Assembly (NCBI GenBank): GCA_973895155.1
Contig: OZ316899.1
Coordinates: 4,777,241-4,841,240, forward strand
From: Marsupella aquatica
Taxonomy: Eukaryota > Plantae > Marchantiophyta
DNA length: 64,000 nucleotides
Direction of reading: 5' to 3'
Positions 13,681-26,556 of the stretch are shown here, in pieces. How positions within the stretch are numbered: the stretch's first letter is position 1; each line of letters starts with the position of its first letter. Both the position numbers and the translations under genes were made by a program. The notes below the pieces were generated by a model, which was given only the letters and a program-made list of their open reading frames with translations, was not told where the DNA came from and did no database searches.

Positions 13681-15172
13681 AACAGTTTTGACAAATGACT
13701 GAAAATTGAAAGGATTATTTTGTGATGTCCAAAACCTCTACCAATGATGTCACAATCAACACACATTTTCAATCATGATATGCATGCCACCGGAATTACA
13801 GCGACAAACAAATTCTTTTTTACAAATTGTACCCAAACCACTACAGAACAGGTGGTTTGAGGGTTTTGGGCACTGGAGTGATTTGTGTGGAGTTCATGAT
13901 GGTGCATCTCTTGGGTGCCTCAAATCTCTCCACCTTGGCAATTTATGCGTCACAACCTCATTGTCGTTGCTATAACTAGTTGGCACACGTGATGGGGGTG
14001 TTCCATGGCTTCACCATGGGGGGGCTAACACGGAGGAGTTGTGGTGGTGGCGGGCCCAACCCTCCTCCTTTAATCGTGGCCCTCCGAGAATTGCCGCAAG
14101 GTGGATCCACTTCTCATTATCCATTGTAAGTCTGTCACTCCGAAAACCACTCGAAACAATATGCTTCAAAGCCCTCATTTCTAGCGACTAACATAGTCAC
14201 TCAAGTTGGGTTGGTACATCACGCATCCTTCTAAACAACTTCTCATGAAGTGGTAGTCCTAGGGTGATTGGGGGGCAAACCACTACAAATGAGGTGGTTT
14301 TAGGGTTTAGGGCAAATGCAACTTAAGATACCACCTTTATTTGAGTTGAGAAGTAAATTGGGTGCGAACACTTGCAATGAAGTGTATTTATATGTACACG
14401 CCCAATTGACTCAAAAAAGGTCCTTTCAGGCCCTTGCCTTTTGGCGACTTCAAATTGCACCCATATTTGAGTGATGCAGCACACTTTAGTGTGATCCCAA
14501 ACCATGAACTAGTGCTAAAAGGAGTGAATTGTGTGGATGCATCACATATGCCCCATATTTGTAATTCCGTAGAGTCTTGGAGTGATTTGTGTGGAGTTCA
14601 TGATGTTGCATCTCTTGGGTGCCTCAAATCTCTCCACCTTGGCAATTTATGCGTCACAACCTCATTGTCGTTGCTATAACTAGTTGGCACATGTGATGGG
14701 GGTGTTCCATGGCTTCACCATGGGGGGGCTAACACGGAGGAGTTGTGGTGGTGGCGGGCCCAACCCTCCTCCTTTAATCGTGGCCCTCCAAGAATTGCCG
14801 CAAGGTGGATCCACTTCTCATTATCCATTGTAAGTCTGTCACTCCGGAAACCACTCGAAACAATGTGCTTCAAAGCCCTCATTTCTAGCGACTAACATTG
14901 TCACTCAAGCTGGGGTGGTACATCACGCATCCTTCTAAACAACTTCTCATGAAGTGGTAGTCCTAGGGTGATTGGGGGGCAAACCACTACAAATGAGGTG
15001 GTTTTAGGGTTTAGGGCAAATGCAACTTAAGATACCACCTTTCTTTGAGTTGAGAAATAAATTGGGTGCAAACACTTGCAATGAAGTGTATTTATATGTA
15101 CAAGCCCAATTGACTCAAAAAAGGTCCTTTCAGGCCCTCGTCTTTTGACAACTACAAATTTCACCCATATTT

Positions 15173-17805
15173 CCTTGAAAGGGGAGCTTTTATAAAATAA
15201 GCCACAAAAACCCCACGACGGGGGGAAGCAAGCAGAGAATGTACATTCACAGGCCAAAATACAATATAAGAATCCAGATAGGGACAGTTGTCAAAATCTA
15301 TTGTCCCCTAGAACAACCTCATCTATCCTATATATGGTGCCAGCAAGGGCAACATGCCCCATGAATCAGTTATGAACTGATGAGCAATCTCCCTTGTGGT
15401 ATCACAAGCATAATCTCCTAAACTTTATTCTAAACCGGGTCCCTAGATCTCTGTAAGTGAACAATCCTAAAGTCACTTCTATAATTTAATCTCAACCGTT
15501 CAACATTCATCCAGTCCCTTGCTCTTTGCAGTCTTCCATACTTCCTACCTTGAGAGAAATGCCTGCTGACAACAAACAAGTTTGACACCGTTTCTGAAAG
15601 CACAAGTTTAAAATCAAAGGTGCGCTTGTTCAGTTTGTTGAAAACTTGTTCGTTCCGTGCTAGCCATAAAGCCCACAGTAGCTGAAATGTGAGAAACAAT
15701 CTAGTAGTGTGGGTATGTGCTCGTCCAACAGAGGCCTCAAGTAAATCCAAAAGACCGTGTCCAGAACTGAACTAGAAACCCTGACCCACTTCGAGCCCAA
15801 AACTCCAACATGTGGATGCAAATGGACAATGAAAAAATAGATGGGGGATCGTCTCCAAATGCTCCAAGCAAAAAGAGCAAATCCCCGGGTCCACCCCGAT
15901 GGTAAGAGCTCGAGAGCCCGTGAAGAGACCTCCCACAATTATCAGATCAGATTGCCATAGATTTGCCCAGCATTTCAGCCACTGTGTCTCCGTGTACTCA
16001 GATCCCCAAATCCTATTCCATCTCTAATAGTCAGCCCCTTTTGGCCTCTGCATCTGGTAAATGCAATGATTGGGTATTTTAAAATACATTGAAGATCGCT
16101 GATCATCAGCCCAACGCCACATTCTCGCACCTGGTTTGTATCCCCATTTGCAGTTAGTTTGGTCCTGTATCTTTTGAAGAAAGAGCCTGCTACGGTCCCG
16201 GTAAGCCAGGTCAAAACCACGTAATCTGTGCCACCGTTCTCTTAAAGATCTCCAGGAGTGGGTTGCCTCATCCCACAGGTCCACAATAACCTTAATTCCT
16301 AGCTTCCCAAGTATCTCTGTAGTAATTTCCACATGGTCCTATGGCCAGGACTGGAAACCCACTATACAGCGGAGAGTATCCCCGATACTCCAACGACCGG
16401 GAAACCCAGCAGCACCAGGGACAAAACACAGATGCGCCCAGAAAGAGACCCAGGCCTCCCATAGGCCACCAGAGTAGGGCATCCCTCCGCCGTTTCGCAA
16501 AGAACACAACAGTAACTTATCTTTGACTGTGTGACAATTTCTTCTAATCGTCCGGAAATTTTGCCAGCCCACAAGATTTAGATTCACCAAAAATAGGCAG
16601 GCCCATTCGGAGTTGAGGAGTCAAGCACTTTTGTGATTAACTGGATTAATAGCGCCTCTGAATGGCATCTGAAGTCACAAAATCCAAGTCCCCCCTCCAC
16701 CTTGGGTCTCACCATCTTGGCCCACGCAACCAGGGGGAGCTTCTTGTTCTGCTCAGTGCCCACTAGGTTTATACCCCATAAGAAATCCCTACACAGAGCA
16801 ATCATCTTCCGCTCACAGAGGGGCAAGTCAAGGGGCGGGGCGCAATGGACGTGCGGTAGGGCCAGGGATTGATGGTCCAGGTGTGGCATGGGATGGTCGT
16901 GGCAGAGCCCCCAAGGCGCGAGCAAGGGCCATGGGACGGAGGCAGACGAGGGGTGACGGGGGGCAAGTGGCATGCCTGCCACCAGCCAAGGGCGGTCCAA
17001 GTGCGGGGCAAGCCAAGGGGCAGGGCACAATGGGCGTGCGGCAGGGCTAGGGGTCGTCGGGGCTGGTCAAGAGCTGGGATTAGTGTGGCCTCGCCTGGAC
17101 CAAGGGCAAAGGGCAGAGCGGAGGGGAGAGTCACGGAGGGTCGGAAGGCAGTATATAGGGATTGCAAGCAACACATGTTTGATGAGCAGAGTTCTGCCGG
17201 TAAATGAAAGCATCTTGCTCGACCATGAAGCCAGACGAGAGGCAATTTTATCTAAACAAAAGCTACGGATATGCTCCACCTGCAGCCCAATACCAAAAGG
17301 GGCACCAAGGTATTTCAGTACTTCTCCTTCTCTGCTTATCTTACATCATGTTTCCACAAGCCAGGCTGGAACTGCCTTCAGAGCCAATGGGACGATATTC
17401 AATTTGTGCAGATTCAACTTGGCCCCCGAGGCATTCTCGTAGCAGCTGAGAGCCACAGTGGTGTCTGCAAAACTCCCAGGATCCGCCGGGATAAACATGC
17501 CAACATCGTCCGCAAAGAGCCTATAACATATTGTCATCCACTCAGAAATTTTGATACCATTGAGTCTATGTCCAGCCAGCTCGGCATCCAGGAAATCCAT
17601 GAGAGGCTGAGTTGAGATCACAAAAAGAAGTGGAGAGAGAGGACATCCTTGTCAAACTCCCCACCTAAGTTCGATAGCCCGGCTTAGCCTCCCATTGACG
17701 TAAACTTGGGAGGAAGCATTAGACAGCAAAGCCTACACCAGCTTGGTGAACCATGCACTAAACCCCAAGAGTCTCATAGTTTCCCATAGATACTTCTAGT
17801 CAACG
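15173..17805 (-). mobile_element. 5'-truncated L1-clade LINE (RT C-terminal half + zf-RVT), degenerate
   Basis: QGCPLSPLLF, LFADD, ASGAKLN, KYLG.P, GRTLLIKHVL, FLWG...VAW...PKVEGGLG, CSFC...ETIPHLFFHC, WALWLARNEQVF. TATTT is duplicated at the junctions (15168-15172 / 17806-17810) and the 704-bp unit rejoins across it. Confidence 0.92.
16823..17130. other. GC-rich ~310-bp insertion inside LINE ORF2
   Basis: Interrupts IPIYCL...ERKMIAL; flanked by TCACAGAGGG / TCACGGAGGG; contains an internal ~48-bp repeat about 185 bp apart. Confidence 0.55.
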
Positions 17806-20800
17806 TATTTGAGTGATGCAACACACTTTAGTGTGATCCCAAACCATGAACTAGTGCTAAAAGTAGTGAATTGTGTGGATGCATCACATAAGCCCCATAT
17901 TTGTAATTATGTAGAGTCTTGGAGTGATTTGTGTAGAGTTCATGATGCTGCATCACTTGGGTGCCTCAAATCTCTCCACCTTGGCAATTTATGCGTCACA
18001 ATCTCATTGTCGTTGCTATAACTAGTTGGCACACGTGATGGGGGTGCCCCATGGGTTCACCATGGGGAGGCTAGCACGGAGGAATTGGTATGGCGGCAGG
18101 CCCAAGCCTCCTCCTTTAATTGTGGCCCTCCAAGAATTGCGGCAAGGTGGATCCACTTCTCATTATCCATTGTAAGTTTGTCACTCCCCAAATCACTAAA
18201 AACTATGTTCTTCAAAGCCCTCATTTCTAGCAACTAACACTATCACTCAGGATGGGGTGGTACATCATGCATCCCTCTAAACAACTTGTCATGAAGTGGT
18301 AGTCCAAGGGTGATTGTTCCAAACCACTACAAATGAGGTGGTTTTAGGGTTTAGGGAAAATGCAACTTAAGATACCACCTTTATTTGAGTTGAAAAGTAA
18401 ATTGGGTGCAAACACTTGCAATGAAGTGTATTTATATGTACATGCCCAATTAACTCGGAAAAAGGTCCTTTGAGGCCCTCGCCTTTTGGCGACTACAAAT
18501 TGCACCCGTATTTGAGTGATGCAACACACTTTAGTTTGATCCCAAACCATGAACTAGTGCTAAAAGGAGTGAATTGTGTGTCACATCACATAAGCTCCAT
18601 ATTTGTAATTCGTAGAGTCTTGGAGTGATTAATTTGTGTGGAGTTCATGATGTTCCATCACTTGTGTGCCTCAAATCTCTCCACCTTGGCATTTTGTGCG
18701 TCACAACCTCATTGTCGTTGCTATAACTAGTTGGCACACTAATGGGGGTGTCCCACGGCTTCACCATGGGGGGGCTAACACGGAGAGATTATTATGGCTG
18801 CCGACCCAATACGCCACCTTTTCTTGTGGCCCTCTGAGAATTGTCGCAAGGTAGATCCCCTTCAAATTCTCTTTGTAAGTTTGTGACTCCCCAAACCACT
18901 CAAAACAATGTGCTTCAAAGGCCTCATTTCTAGGAACTAACACTATCACTCAAACTTGGGTGGTACATCACGCATTCCTCCAAACAACTTCTCTTGAAGT
19001 GGTAGTCCTAGGGTGATTGTTGTTCCCAAACCACTACAAATGAGGTGGTTTTAGGGTTTAGGGCAAATGCAACTTAAGATACCACGGTTATTTGAGTGAG
19101 AAGTAAATTGGGTGTGAACACTTGCAATGAAGTGCATTTCTGTGTACTCGCCCAAACCACTTGACATAAGGTCATTTCAGGCCCTAGTCTTTTGGTGACT
19201 ACAAACGGCACTTGTATTTGAGTCATGCAACACACTTTGGTGCAACCACTTGCCATGAACTAGTGCTAGAAGGAGTGAATTGTGTGGACACATCACATAA
19301 GCCCCAGCTTTGTAATTCCGTAGAGTCTTGGAGTGATTTGTGTGGAGTTCATGATGTTCCATCACTTGTGTGTCTCAAATCTCTCAATGTTGGCATTTTA
19401 TGCATCACAACCTCATTGTCGTTGCTATAACTAGTTGGCACACGTGATGGGGGTGTCCCATCGCTTCACCATGGGGGGGTTAACACGGAGGAATTGTGGT
19501 GGCGGCGGGCCCAACCCTCCTCCTTTAATTGTGGCCCTCCAAGAATTGCCGCAAGGTGGATCCACTTCTCATTATCCATTGTAAGTCTGTCACTCCGGAA
19601 ACCACTCGAAACAATGTGCTTCAAAGCCCTCATTTCTAGCGACTAACATTGTCACTCAGACTGGGGTGGTACATCATGCATCCTTCTAAACAACTTCTCA
19701 TGAAGTGGTGGTCGCTACTACCATCACCTAGTCAGTAGTGATAGATGACATAAATGTTGTAATTTACAAATAACTGACAATCAAGTAAGGGATGGAGAGC
19801 TTGTAAATACCACTACAAGTGATGTAGTACGTATCGGACTCTCACCAAAGTGCAGCAACTATGTCACCAACATTTGAGTGATACATTGCTTAAACCACTT
19901 GCCACCAGGTAGTGGGTTCACAGGGGATTGGCAAAAGCACTTGGAATGTGGTGATTTTCCGAAGTGCGAGCCATTAAATTGCCAAAGAAGTTTAGTGAAT
20001 GGTGCCAAGGGTAATTAAAACATAGAGAAAATTAAAGCAACATCCTGACCGGAACACAGTTTAGGGTACATAGAAGCTTGGGGTTTCTGGACACTCAGCG
20101 TATCTCTGAAGGGAGTGTCATAGAAAATGTATTATTTTGTAGCACCACTAGCATTACTTCTCAAGCTTTGTATGATTTACACACTTTCAAGGAGTAAGGT
20201 ATTAAAATTGGCAATAGACAAAAAGTGATTCACATAGGGTAGTCTAGAAATGAAAAATTAATGTGGGTTTAGGATAAATGGTTGGCATTAGGACCCGCAT
20301 TAGGACTCACATGGATCATGTCATTTCTCACTTAAAAAAGTGTTGCAAGAAATTAAATGTTTACTACCCAAGTAATTATACCACCTAGGTAACATTGTTG
20401 GTGGCATATGGGAAGTTCTTCATTTTTTGCTTTACTTTGAAAGAGTCAGGTAGTCACCACTTAGCACTTATTTGTAGAGGTTAGACAAGGGGCAACGTTG
20501 GGGTGAAACTACATTACAAAAAAACTTGGGGGTGAGTAGGTTGGCTTCATAACATAAGGGATGGATGGGATGGCCTGGGGGCTTGGGGTGTAAATTTAGA
20601 CACCGTTAAGTAGAGGGAACGGAGGCCTTGGGTTAACATCAAATTCCCCCACGTTGATGGCTGAGATTGCTCGGGGCAATCTCCCTTCATCCGATGGCTG
20701 AGATCACCCTAGGCGCTTCCATGTCAGAGTAAGTCTAGAGTACGGGTTTGCGCCAAACGGCTATTTGCACCCGCCTTACGTTGGATGAAGAGTTGCGTTC

Positions 20801-23800
20801 CACTTTTCCAACAAAGTATCAAGGTGAAACGCTGAATGTTGTGGTTACTCTCTAGCACAAAGGGTTTAGGAGAAGAGAGCGAAGGGGTTTAGCAAGGTTG
20901 CACTGCTTTTTTTTGCCTCCAGAGCTGTGGAGTTTAGGGTTGCAATCGCAGCTCATGGATTGAGTCTGTGAAGTGCAAAGCTGCGGGAGTGAATGTGGGC
21001 ACGGTGCACTGGAGTTAGTGCTGCGATCAAGGCTCGTGGCTTTTTTCTGACGTGGAGTGCAGAGTTGCGCGGCAGAGCTATGGGAGTGCAAAGCTGCGGG
21101 GGCACAAAGTTGTGGGAGTGCGCGAGTGCGGAGTGCAGGAGTGGCAAGAGCTACAGAGTTGCAGAGCCACAAACTGTGATTGAGTGCGGAGCGATTGAGT
21201 GCGGAGCTGCGATTCAGATGTAGCCAATCGGATCTCAAACAGAGGAGTGCATTTCCCCACTGGAAACGTCGAGGCTAATCGAACAATGTTAGGTTTTGAT
21301 CTCTAACATAGGCTGAATGTGCGCACATCTATAGACTGACGGGAGTATTGCTTTCAGGAAATATGGAATTTGTGCCTTTCAGTTTGACTTTTGGCTGGGC
21401 TGCTGCTACTTTGGGGAACTGAGATGCGACCTGCAGTTTGGGAGGCATTTAGGGTAACTCTTGCTGCCAGTGCTGATTGATCGAGTGTGACTTGTTTAGA
21501 AATAGTGAGCTCAAATGCTATTGTAGGTCTAAGGAATTTCATGGTACTAAGGCTTCCAGGCGGCCGACCTCCCAGGATGCGCGCTGGCGGAGCTGTTAGA
21601 GCTGGACTTGAGGTGTGAGAGTTGTGAGTGCTCGTTGGGAGGTCGGCCGCCTGGCTTTGCTTGGCTTTTCTTGGCTTTTATTGGTGCGTTTGTTTCCCGG
21701 TTTGTTTTTGATTATGCTTGGAAAAATCTATGCTAGAGTCTGTGACTTGTTAGCTTTTGAAGGCGTGCGTTGGGGGGGGGGGACTTTGGAGAACTATTCT
21801 CCCGCTTTGCTCTCTCCTTAAGACTCTGCACTAAGATTTTTAGAAATGATTGCTGATGGTGTGAAGTAGGACTGTATCCCTGCCCCATAGATTTTGGATT
21901 GTTGGGCTGTCTTGGCTTTGTTTACACTGCTGAAGTCAAGCATCATTTGGCTGCGGAGAGATTGGAAGCGTGCGGTGAAGATGGGAGAACTCGCAACGGG
22001 GAAGGAATTTGGCTATTGATTGTTTAGGCTCGATGCCTCCTCAATGAGATCGTCTGTCTGGTAGTTGCTTGAATTCTTTGACCCATGGTGGATCATTCAG
22101 ACCTTCTCTGTTGGAGAAATGTTCTCAGCTGCATGATGACTGAAGATGGGCTGCAATGGGCTATATTTACAGAAGGGTAGAATTGTGAGTTGAATGGTGA
22201 TCTTGGTGATGGGGGTGTGAGGAAGACTCATGGATTGCCAGTTCTAAGGGAATGAGCACGTTGGCAATGGATTCAATCTTGTTTTGTATAAGAGATGGTA
22301 CACTCTGATCAGATTTGAATGGCAAAATATTTAGCCAACTCATTGGATGAGATATTCTGGTCGGCTTTTAGGCATTGTTGCCTTGTTCTTGTAGTTCTAC
22401 TATCCTTCTATGGTGCCCAAGTTAGATTAGTGTAGGAGTAGTATGTTGGCCCATCCTGGGTTTGATGGACTCTGGCCACAGGTGCTATTGTGCTCGGTTA
22501 CTCACTGACGTTTGGTGATCTGATTATCTAGACTGGGTGTTGGCATAAGAATCCTTTCATCTTGTCTGCTTGCTAGGCCCTGTGCTTTAAATACTCATCA
22601 AATGATTGATTAGTTATGACTCTTATCAGATTGATCAGAGCTATTGGTTAGCTCTTGTGCTGGTTGTTATTTGGTCTTTTCACCTTGATCTCCATGTTGG
22701 AGTTGTCCTTTGGTGATTTTTTCCCTAAACTTCCCCCCTGCTGTGGGGGTTTTGCGGCCTTATCAGTTATATGAAAAAAATCCAGGAAATGCTATTGCAA
22801 CCTTTCAGTTGATGTCTACTTGTAATGCTATTGCAAGCTTGGCAGTGACCTTAACTCAGCCCTTTATGCTGCAAACTGCTGCGACGGTCAATGAGGTTAT
22901 TAATTGCAACTGAGCCTGGAACGTGCGCATGTTGTGGTTGCATCTGATTGAGCTGGTAAGGTGTTGCTCTGATTGAGTTGCTACCTCCAATCGGGCAATG
23001 TGAGCTTTTGGGCAATGTTAGTGACATTTCTGCTGTTGAGTTTGACTTTTTGGGCTTCACTGACATTGCTGCTTTGGGCATCTGAGATGTGACTTGCAAT
23101 TTGAGGACGCGCAACTCAATTTGTTTTAGGAGGCGCCACAACATCAGTTTGAGGCTCACGCGACTTGACACGCGACTTGCAGTTTCAGGAGGCGCATCAA
23201 GATCAGTTTCACGAGGCGACTTGAGATGCGACTTGCTGTTGCTGATCAAGTTTGAGTAACAGTGAGCTAAAATTCTGTTGCAACATTTGATTTGGGCTAC
23301 ATTTGTAATGCTGCAAGGTTTGAGGTGACCTGTACTCAATTGAAGCCTGCCAACTGCTATGACGGTGAGTTTACTTGCGCTGCAAATTGTTGTGAGTTTT
23401 ATTAAAAGTTCTTCATTAAAATTTGTTATGAATTCAAAGTCTGTTTCAAGGTCTGTTTTGAGTTTCTTCATCTTGTCTTGTGCTGTTGCTTCTCTTTCTA
23501 TGAATCTTGGATCAATGCTACCTGCTTTCTAGGTCGGCCTCCTATTTTGTACTCTGGTATGGTTAATGGAGTCTTGTTTGTGTGTGCGGTAAATAGAATT
23601 ACCAATTGTTGGCATTGGGAAAGTCTTGAGCTTGTCTGAGCTTGTCCTTTAAAACGTGAAGGGATCCATCCCTGTATATAAACTGAAATTTAGGGTCAGT
23701 CATGAAATCTCCAGTTTTTTAACCATGGTCTTATAGTTTCAGGAGCAAGTGGACCTGCTGTGGACATGAGCAAAGCAGCACAGGACGTGATCAAGAATAG

Positions 23801-23802
23801 CT

Positions 23803-24255
23803 ATGGTGAGGACTCGCGGTGCTCATTCTCAGAGTCTTGCAAGCACCACAAAGAGATTGCGTCTGGAATCTGTCAAACGTGGCACATGGCCAGCCCACTC
23901 TGCATGGTATTTTCGTTATCCAGTTGTAGTCCAGAATGACTACAGCCGGCCTCCACCTGTGGCATTACCCTTTCTCACATCCGTGGTGTATGTGTCACTT
24001 ATTGGCAAAGTGCCACAAGTCAAGGCCATCCTAGCACATGGATGTATCCATTCTTGCCAGTATGACTGCGTTGCTTGTAGGGTGGTCAACCCAACAACCC
24101 TAGTCAATGCTGACAAAGTCGCTAAACAAAGTAGGAGGATATGCATCCTTTGGAACCACTTTGCATTGTTGAATGGTGTGGATAGTGATCTCGGGTGTCC
24201 TTCCCTGCCAAACCCCGCTATTGGGGGTTTCTCGGACACATCATGTTTGATTTGA
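23803..24255 (+). CDS. CACTA cargo gene 1: 150-aa Cys/His-rich 'MVRTR' protein, unknown function
   Basis: Intact ATG ORF, homologous along its full length to 50146-50595 (SAWYF.Y.V, RP.P...PF.TS.V.VSL, GC.HSCQYDC.ACR, CI.WNH, CP.LP.P..G.F). Confidence 0.75.
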   Translation: MVRTRGAHSQSLASTTKRLRLESVKRGTWPAHSAWYFRYPVVVQNDYSRPPPVALPFLTSVVYVSLIGKVPQVKAILAHGCIHSCQYDCVACRVVNPTTLVNADKVAKQSRRICILWNHFALLNGVDSDLGCPSLPNPAIGGFSDTSCLI

Positions 24256-25305
24256 AGTTAGTTTACACCTGCAGGAATTCCAACAAAGTATGCACGTACC
24301 AAGATGCAATGAGATAAGGCATATTTTTGGATGAAATAGTAACTTAACACTGAGAAATAACTTATGCTTTGACTTTTTCTATATTCGTACAATTTTGGAT
24401 TGAGGGTTTGAACACCTCAGTGGAATTAAAGTTTTGAAGTATATTGCGAAACCCCTATCTACTAAGCACAACATTTTAAATAATCTAAGATGTCACCAGT
24501 CCACTCAACATCTCTATTCAATGACTTTGTTCCAAAAGTCCCACAATCTATTGTTAAATGAAAGTTGAATCCAATAGTTAAAGTCTCTGTCAATGACTCC
24601 CACTCCCCCTGGCAGATATGCCTTATGGCTCTAGATCGGGTACAGTGAATGAAGAAAGTTGAAGAGTGTCCATGTGATGTTTTTCCATGCATAGTCCTTG
24701 CCAACTCAAACCAGTGCTCTGTGTAGTGGCTCCATTTAAATGATACAGGATTCATTGACCATGGCTTAGCTGCTCACTAATCCTTTGGTAGCAATTTGAC
24801 CCTGGCTCTGTAATCTGCTGGTCATTTAAATGGTATACCAATTGTTTGGTAGTTGTCTGAGTGTAGCTATGTAATTTGCTCTAAAACAAAACTAGAGAGC
24901 GATTATTATTTTGAGTTCAATGGCGAGCCTATAGTCCTTTGCATAATTGGAATAGTATTGAATGAGTCTGAGGCAACCTTTAGTTACAGAAGGAGTTTGA
25001 AATGAAACATCAGATGCATGTATGTAGTCCAATGACTATTTTGTGTCACATTTGTGCTGTTGCAGATTATGAATCCTTGTTTTTACATCTTGTGACGTGA
25101 GAGGGGATTGAGATCTACATCTGAAACCAATCAAGACAATCTCCAAATTTCATTGCCTTCCTCTTGGTTGAGTACAGTTGGCGAGTCCTCTGCATTCTGG
25201 CCCCACATTGGATTGCAATATGCAAGTGGTAGTATGTGTTTTATGACAGCCAATTTAACAGTTTAATAACTCTTCAAGTTTTCTTGTTCACGTCTAGTGG
25301 TCATA

Positions 25306-25961
25306 ATGGCTAGGACCAAGCATAAATCCAGAAAGAATGATACTTGAATGAGAAAGGAGGAAGATGTGTTGATGATTGAATTGTGGTCAGACATTGAGAA
25401 GACAGTGTCGGTGTAGTCCCCAACTTTGTGGCATTTGTGACTGGCATGGAGATCTGGCCATGTGTGATGGGGCTTGCCATCGGCACTTCCACCATGTTTC
25501 CAAAGTTGGTGAGGCCGTTGGTAGGTGCCCTACCGTATTTATTGCACCAGGCAAGGATGATGATCCTTGGTATTGTCCAGAGTGTAAGGATAAGACATAC
25601 GTGTTTTCAGTGTGGCATTGTCTCTACTACAGCCAGGCAGTGCCCCCAGCCAGATTGTGTTTGTTTTTATTGTCATGGATGCTTGCCACTTGATGTGGAG
25701 TCTTGCCCCACCCATACATGTGTTGCATGCCAGCAGGACCATGGTGACCCTCATCTGGCAGAGGCAGTGCAATGTTTGAGATGTCCCAAAACTTGGCATT
25801 GTACTTGCCTAGCCGAGAGTCAACGTCAAGGATTTGCACCGGACAGAGTGCCCTGGCATCATACTGCACATGACCAGGGACGTTGGATGATTTACTGTCC
25901 TGACCATCCTATTGACCCTGCTCTAGGCACAGCGGCTCATGATCACATCTCTTGGCTTTGA
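25306..25961 (+). pseudogene. CACTA cargo gene 2: EDM2-like composite PHD protein with H3-tail-like N-terminus (1 stop, 2 frameshifts)
   Basis: ATG at 25306 gives MARTKHKSRKNDT*; then CGICDWHGDLAMCDGACHRHFH...WYCPEC, CFQCG...CPQPDCVCFYC, CPTHTCVAC...CLRCPKTWHCTCL...WMIYCPDHPIDPALGTAAHDHISW. Confidence 0.85.
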
Positions 25962-26556
25962 TTCACCTGGTCCATTTTGGTTCATATACATCATTACTAC
26001 TATAGACATCGATACAGTTAGTTAATGGAACAATGACGTTTGTCATAATCACACATTTTGTGAACTGTGTGAATGGCTAGCACAAGCATGGAGACAGTGC
26101 TTTGGGTTTAATTGACCAAGGCTTCCTAAAACATCTAAAGTACTCAAACTCTATTTATTTATTTGGTAATTATTTTGTATACCAGTATGAGGAACATTCC
26201 CATTGATGTTTATGCATGGATGTCAATATTGTGGATGTGATTGAATTGTTTGGACCCAGTGTTTATACAATTGTCTTGGATGTTGGCTGTCATGGATGGG
26301 GCATTGTCAATGGGATATTTTCTTCAACCTACTGTCTGTGGGTAGCAATAGAGTTTCAGGTTTGAAAGAAGCATCCTAAACACATGAAACGTAAGAGATA
26401 AAACGTAAAACCTTTCTGCAACTAAAAATGCACAGTATGAACTTAAAGAGACACTATAGAGTGGCAAGTACAGATTATGAGGGAGCTGAGCTTATTGTTG
26501 TGTCCATATTGTAGGTTCTCACCAGTGAATGTTGGAGGTGAAACACTACACTCGGT

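Larger units (their letters stand above)
13874..19712 (+). repeat. Tandem array of ~704-bp units (about 4.5 copies) inside CACTA-A; unit 2 split by a LINE
   Basis: Unit start TGGAGTGATT at 13874, 14578, 17920, 18621 and 19329 (periods 704, 701, 708). Full units carry CCACTACAAAT and TTTAGGGTTTAGGG. Confidence 0.95.

Noticed and set aside
14301-14312. Telomere or interstitial telomeric tract
   Set aside because: Only two TTTAGGG copies per repeat unit.
13874-19712. CRISPR-like array, or tandem small genes in the 704-bp units
   Set aside because: Whole units repeat with no unique spacers, there are no cas genes, and the short ORFs are not frame-conserved between units.
22851-23471. 206-aa minus-strand ORF
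   Set aside because: No recognisable motif, low-complexity composition and no counterpart in element B; 21300-23600 is left unassigned.
25306-25335. A genuine histone H3/CENH3 gene
   Set aside because: No histone fold follows; the sequence continues into PHD fingers.
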